Origin: a virus
Direction: 5' to 3' (one strand)
IMG/VR virus record: IMGVR_UViG_3300020045_014031
Span: 1 to 64,000 of that record
DNA length: 64,000 nt
The notes under the pieces were generated by a model. The model had not been told where the DNA came from and did no database searches. It worked only from the letters and a program-made list of their open reading frames with translations. Both the position numbers and the translations under genes were made by a program. Shown here piece after piece: positions 61,402-64,000 of this stretch. The first letter of the stretch is position 1; each line of letters opens with the position of its first letter.

Positions 61402-63998
61402 TATTCTGTACAGATTTTATTAAATAATTTATTTGCATCTTCCATAGATTGTACTTTAGATGCTTCTTCTAAATATTTGTTTTTAGAATTTTCTGATAAT
61501 TCATCATTCAATATAACATTTATATTTATAAATTCATAAACAAAGTTCTTATACTTTTCAACAGAATTTTTAAATGATTCTAAAAAAGAAGAATTGTTTT
61601 TGTAATCATCATTAATTGAAAATACAGAATCTAAAACATCTTCGTCTTCTTCATTAGATTTCTCACCTATATTTTTAGAAGGCTCATTTGTTTGTTCAAT
61701 AACTTTATAATTATAATCAAAATTAACCACAAAATCTTTAGTATAAACCAATTCTTTTTGTCCTTTGTTATTTATTATAAAATTATCTTTATTTACATCA
61801 AAATTAGTTTCTAAATCATTCTTAATATAATCATAATAAGTAAGGTTATTTCCTCCTTTAATTACAATTTCGTTATTTTCTAATACAGGATATTTAAAAC
61901 CTTTTGTTTGACCATTATTTAAAAAATCATTATCAAGAGTAAATAGTTTATTCAATAATTCTGTTTCTAAATTATCTATAAATTTTTTAAACCCTTGTTT
62001 ATCTAAATTATAAGAACTATTACTATTAGCAGGTTTTAAAGCAAATAAATTAACTCCTTTTTTACCGTTAGCATCTGACATATAAATTAAAGAAGGTAAT
62101 TTATTTTCTCTTCTTGTTTTTATATCGTTAATATAATTTACTGTTGTAAAATACTGTTGAATAAATTTATTAAAATTAGTTAATATATCATAGTTTAATA
62201 CTAAATCATTAGATATTTTATTTAATTTATCTAATGATATTTTATCTCCTTCAACAGTACCTTTATAGTATAAAGTAAATAATTCTTTTAAAGTATTTAT
62301 TTTATCTTTACTAAGTGTTTTAATTGTTAAAGGATATACTTTAGTTAAACCATTAATATCAGGATAACTTAAAACAGCAAGTAGTTTTTTATTTATTGTA
62401 CCATTTATTTCACTTTCAATTGAAGGGTATAAAGTACCATTAACCAATGAATGAACTTTAACTCTACTATCATTATTATCTATAATACCTTCTAAAGATT
62501 GTCTTGTTTTTTGAGTAATTGCTCTACCACCTGATTTTCTTTTAAGATTGGTTTTAATAACTACATTAGAATTAGTAGAAAACAGTTCTCTTATTTTTTT
62601 AATTTTTTGTTCGTTATAATTTCTATAATTAATAGAAATTATAACACCTTCTTGTGTTACAATACTTTCTTTATCTAATTTTAAATAACTTATTTGATTT
62701 AATACATCAAATAATTCATTTAGTATTTTTTGATTTTTACCTTCTGTATTATAATCTTTAATGTTGTTTTTACTATCTTTAATGTACGTAGTATTAATAA
62801 ATTCAATAGTTGGTAAATAACCAATTTTTTTGTCTGAGCCTTCTAAAAATATAGCTATCGGAAGCTCATCATTAATTCCTACTTGATAGTTTTTATCAAT
62901 TCTTAATTCTAATGAAGTACCCTTTTTTAACTTAGCTGTTTCTAAAGCATCTGCTGTTAAAGAATTATCATCTCTTATTTGACCATATTGAAATCTAAAC
63001 ATATCTAAAGTAAAAGGTTCTTCATACATTTCTTCTTCTTTTACTTCATTGTTAAAATTATCAATAATTTCTTCTGTTGTTTGTTCTTGTGTTTCTTCAA
63101 TAAAAGAGGGTTCTTCATTAATAGTTTTAGAAATAACAAGTTCCTCAACTTTATCTTTAACTTCTTCTTGATTTTGTTTAGCTAAAGTTATAGCATAACT
63201 TTCTTCAATTTTATTTTTAAATTCTGTAAAAGACTTTCTTAGTTCTTTTTTTATTTTTTTACTATCAAACATTAAATCTAATACTTCATCTGAAAAAGAA
63301 AATAATCTTAATTGTAATTTATATTTTTCTTCACCTGATAACTCTTTTATATTTTTATGAATATAGTCTAATAAAGTACTTGATAGATATTCTAAATTGT
63401 AATCACCAGAATCAAGAGAAGACTTAATAAAATTAAATACAAATGTTAAAATTCTATCATTTTTGTTTTCTTTAGAACCAAATGTACTTTTTATCTTATT
63501 TTCTAATTCTTGTATTTTTTTAGAAATAACTTTTTTCTTTTGTTCTCCTTTAGTAATTATTTCTTTTTTCCTTAATGTTTGTTTTTTAACAGGTTTTTTA
63601 ACAATAGGTTGTTCTATTAATTCTTTTAATAAATCATCATATTTAGCATTAATTTTTATAACAACAGGTTTTTTATTAAATTCATCAACTGTTTCATTTC
63701 CAGTAATTTCACTATCTAATTCTTCTTGTCTTCTTTTTTCTATATCAGCTTTTTTATCTTCTAAACTATTATTATTTTTAGTTTGTTCTGAAACAACAAC
63801 AGGTTTTTCTGATTCTTTGCTCTCTTCTGCTTCTTTCTCTTCTTTATTAATTTTACGTATTTCTTCAAGTAACTTATTATTAAAATCATTATCACTTTCT
63901 TTACCTTCTCCTTGTGGAATTTCAGACTCTTCTTGACCAAATGTTCTTAATACTTTAGGTTCTAAATCATCAGGAACTTCTATTTTTTCAACTTCTTT
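61401..63998 (-). CDS. giant virion ejection protein, 5'-truncated by window
   Basis: frame stays open from 63272 to window end; contains KKADIEKRRQEEL...INAKYD motif typical of crAss-like giant proteins. Confidence 0.8.
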   Translation of the reverse strand, partial: KEVEKIEVPDDLEPKVLRTFGQEESEIPQGEGKESDNDFNNKLLEEIRKINKEEKEAEESKESEKPVVVSEQTKNNNSLEDKKADIEKRRQEELDSEITGNETVDEFNKKPVVIKINAKYDDLLKELIEQPIVKKPVKKQTLRKKEIITKGEQKKKVISKKIQELENKIKSTFGSKENKNDRILTFVFNFIKSSLDSGDYNLEYLSSTLLDYIHKNIKELSGEEKYKLQLRLFSFSDEVLDLMFDSKKIKKELRKSFTEFKNKIEESYAITLAKQNQEEVKDKVEELVISKTINEEPSFIEETQEQTTEEIIDNFNNEVKEEEMYEEPFTLDMFRFQYGQIRDDNSLTADALETAKLKKGTSLELRIDKNYQVGINDELPIAIFLEGSDKKIGYLPTIEFINTTYIKDSKNNIKDYNTEGKNQKILNELFDVLNQISYLKLDKESIVTQEGVIISINYRNYNEQKIKKIRELFSTNSNVVIKTNLKRKSGGRAITQKTRQSLEGIIDNNDSRVKVHSLVNGTLYPSIESEINGTINKKLLAVLSYPDINGLTKVYPLTIKTLSKDKINTLKELFTLYYKGTVEGDKISLDKLNKISNDLVLNYDILTNFNKFIQQYFTTVNYINDIKTRRENKLPSLIYMSDANGKKGVNLFALKPANSNSSYNLDKQGFKKFIDNLETELLNKLFTLDNDFLNNGQTKGFKYPVLENNEIVIKGGNNLTYYDYIKNDLETNFDVNKDNFIINNKGQKELVYTKDFVVNFDYNYKVIEQTNEPSKNIGEKSNEEDEDVLDSVFSINDDYKNNSSFLESFKNSVEKYKNFVYEFININVILNDELSENSKNKYLEEASKVQSMEDANKLFNKICTE

Positions 63999-64000
63999 TT

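Larger units (their letters stand above)
607..62848. repeat. dispersed repeat GAGCCTTCTAAAA (>=18 copies)
   Basis: + copies at 607, 4884, 14131, 18593, 24541(var), 28702(10-nt core), 31637, 38821, 49143, 57536, 62836; - copies at 4858-4870, 15230-15242(var), 28715-28727, 38859-38871, 49327-49339, 57591-57603(var), 61673-61685. Confidence 0.95.

Noticed and set aside
607-62848. Dispersed repeat as a CRISPR array or phage RNAP promoter
   Set aside because: No regular repeat-spacer periodicity; copies are kb apart, intragenic and in both orientations relative to transcription
63463-63936. 157-aa plus-strand ORF (also 40376 and 60032)
   Set aside because: Antisense shadows; the minus-strand giant ORF stays open to the window end

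Overview
Very AT-rich, densely coding 64-kb segment of a lytic dsDNA phage, most consistent with a crAss-like phage (Crassvirales, podovirus with a virion RNA polymerase) of a Bacteroidota host. Host evidence: A-rich leaders without Shine-Dalgarno and TTTG..TAnnTTT(G/A)-type promoters. Plus strand 1-38.8 kb carries small early genes, a non-coding hairpin array ending in tRNA-Ile(UAU), and the replication and nucleotide-metabolism module. That module includes PolB split by a group I intron with GIY-YIG, SF1 and SF2 helicases, DnaB, an AAA/Sak4-like ATPase split by a second group I intron with HNH, SSB-like, primase, RusA-like, Gp157, dNMP kinase, rIIA, an amidoligase-like gene, a ferritin-like gene, ThyX, HNH, Ung and a MazG-like gene. 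Minus strand 38.9-64 kb carries tail/lysis genes and three giant virion (ejection) proteins including the DFDID RNA polymerase. Three signals stand out. (1) An asymmetric 13-bp (extendable to ~30 bp) motif GAGCCTTCTAAAA is dispersed at least 18 times on both strands, inside genes in several reading frames and often as inverted pairs. (2) Matching N-terminal ICPN and C-terminal Cys motifs on the otherwise Cys-poor giant virion proteins suggest head-to-tail docking or disulfide chaining. (3) A structured-RNA array plus tRNA-Ile(UAU) lies next to a stand-alone dsRBD-like protein. All calls come from reading motifs by eye; no database searches were run.
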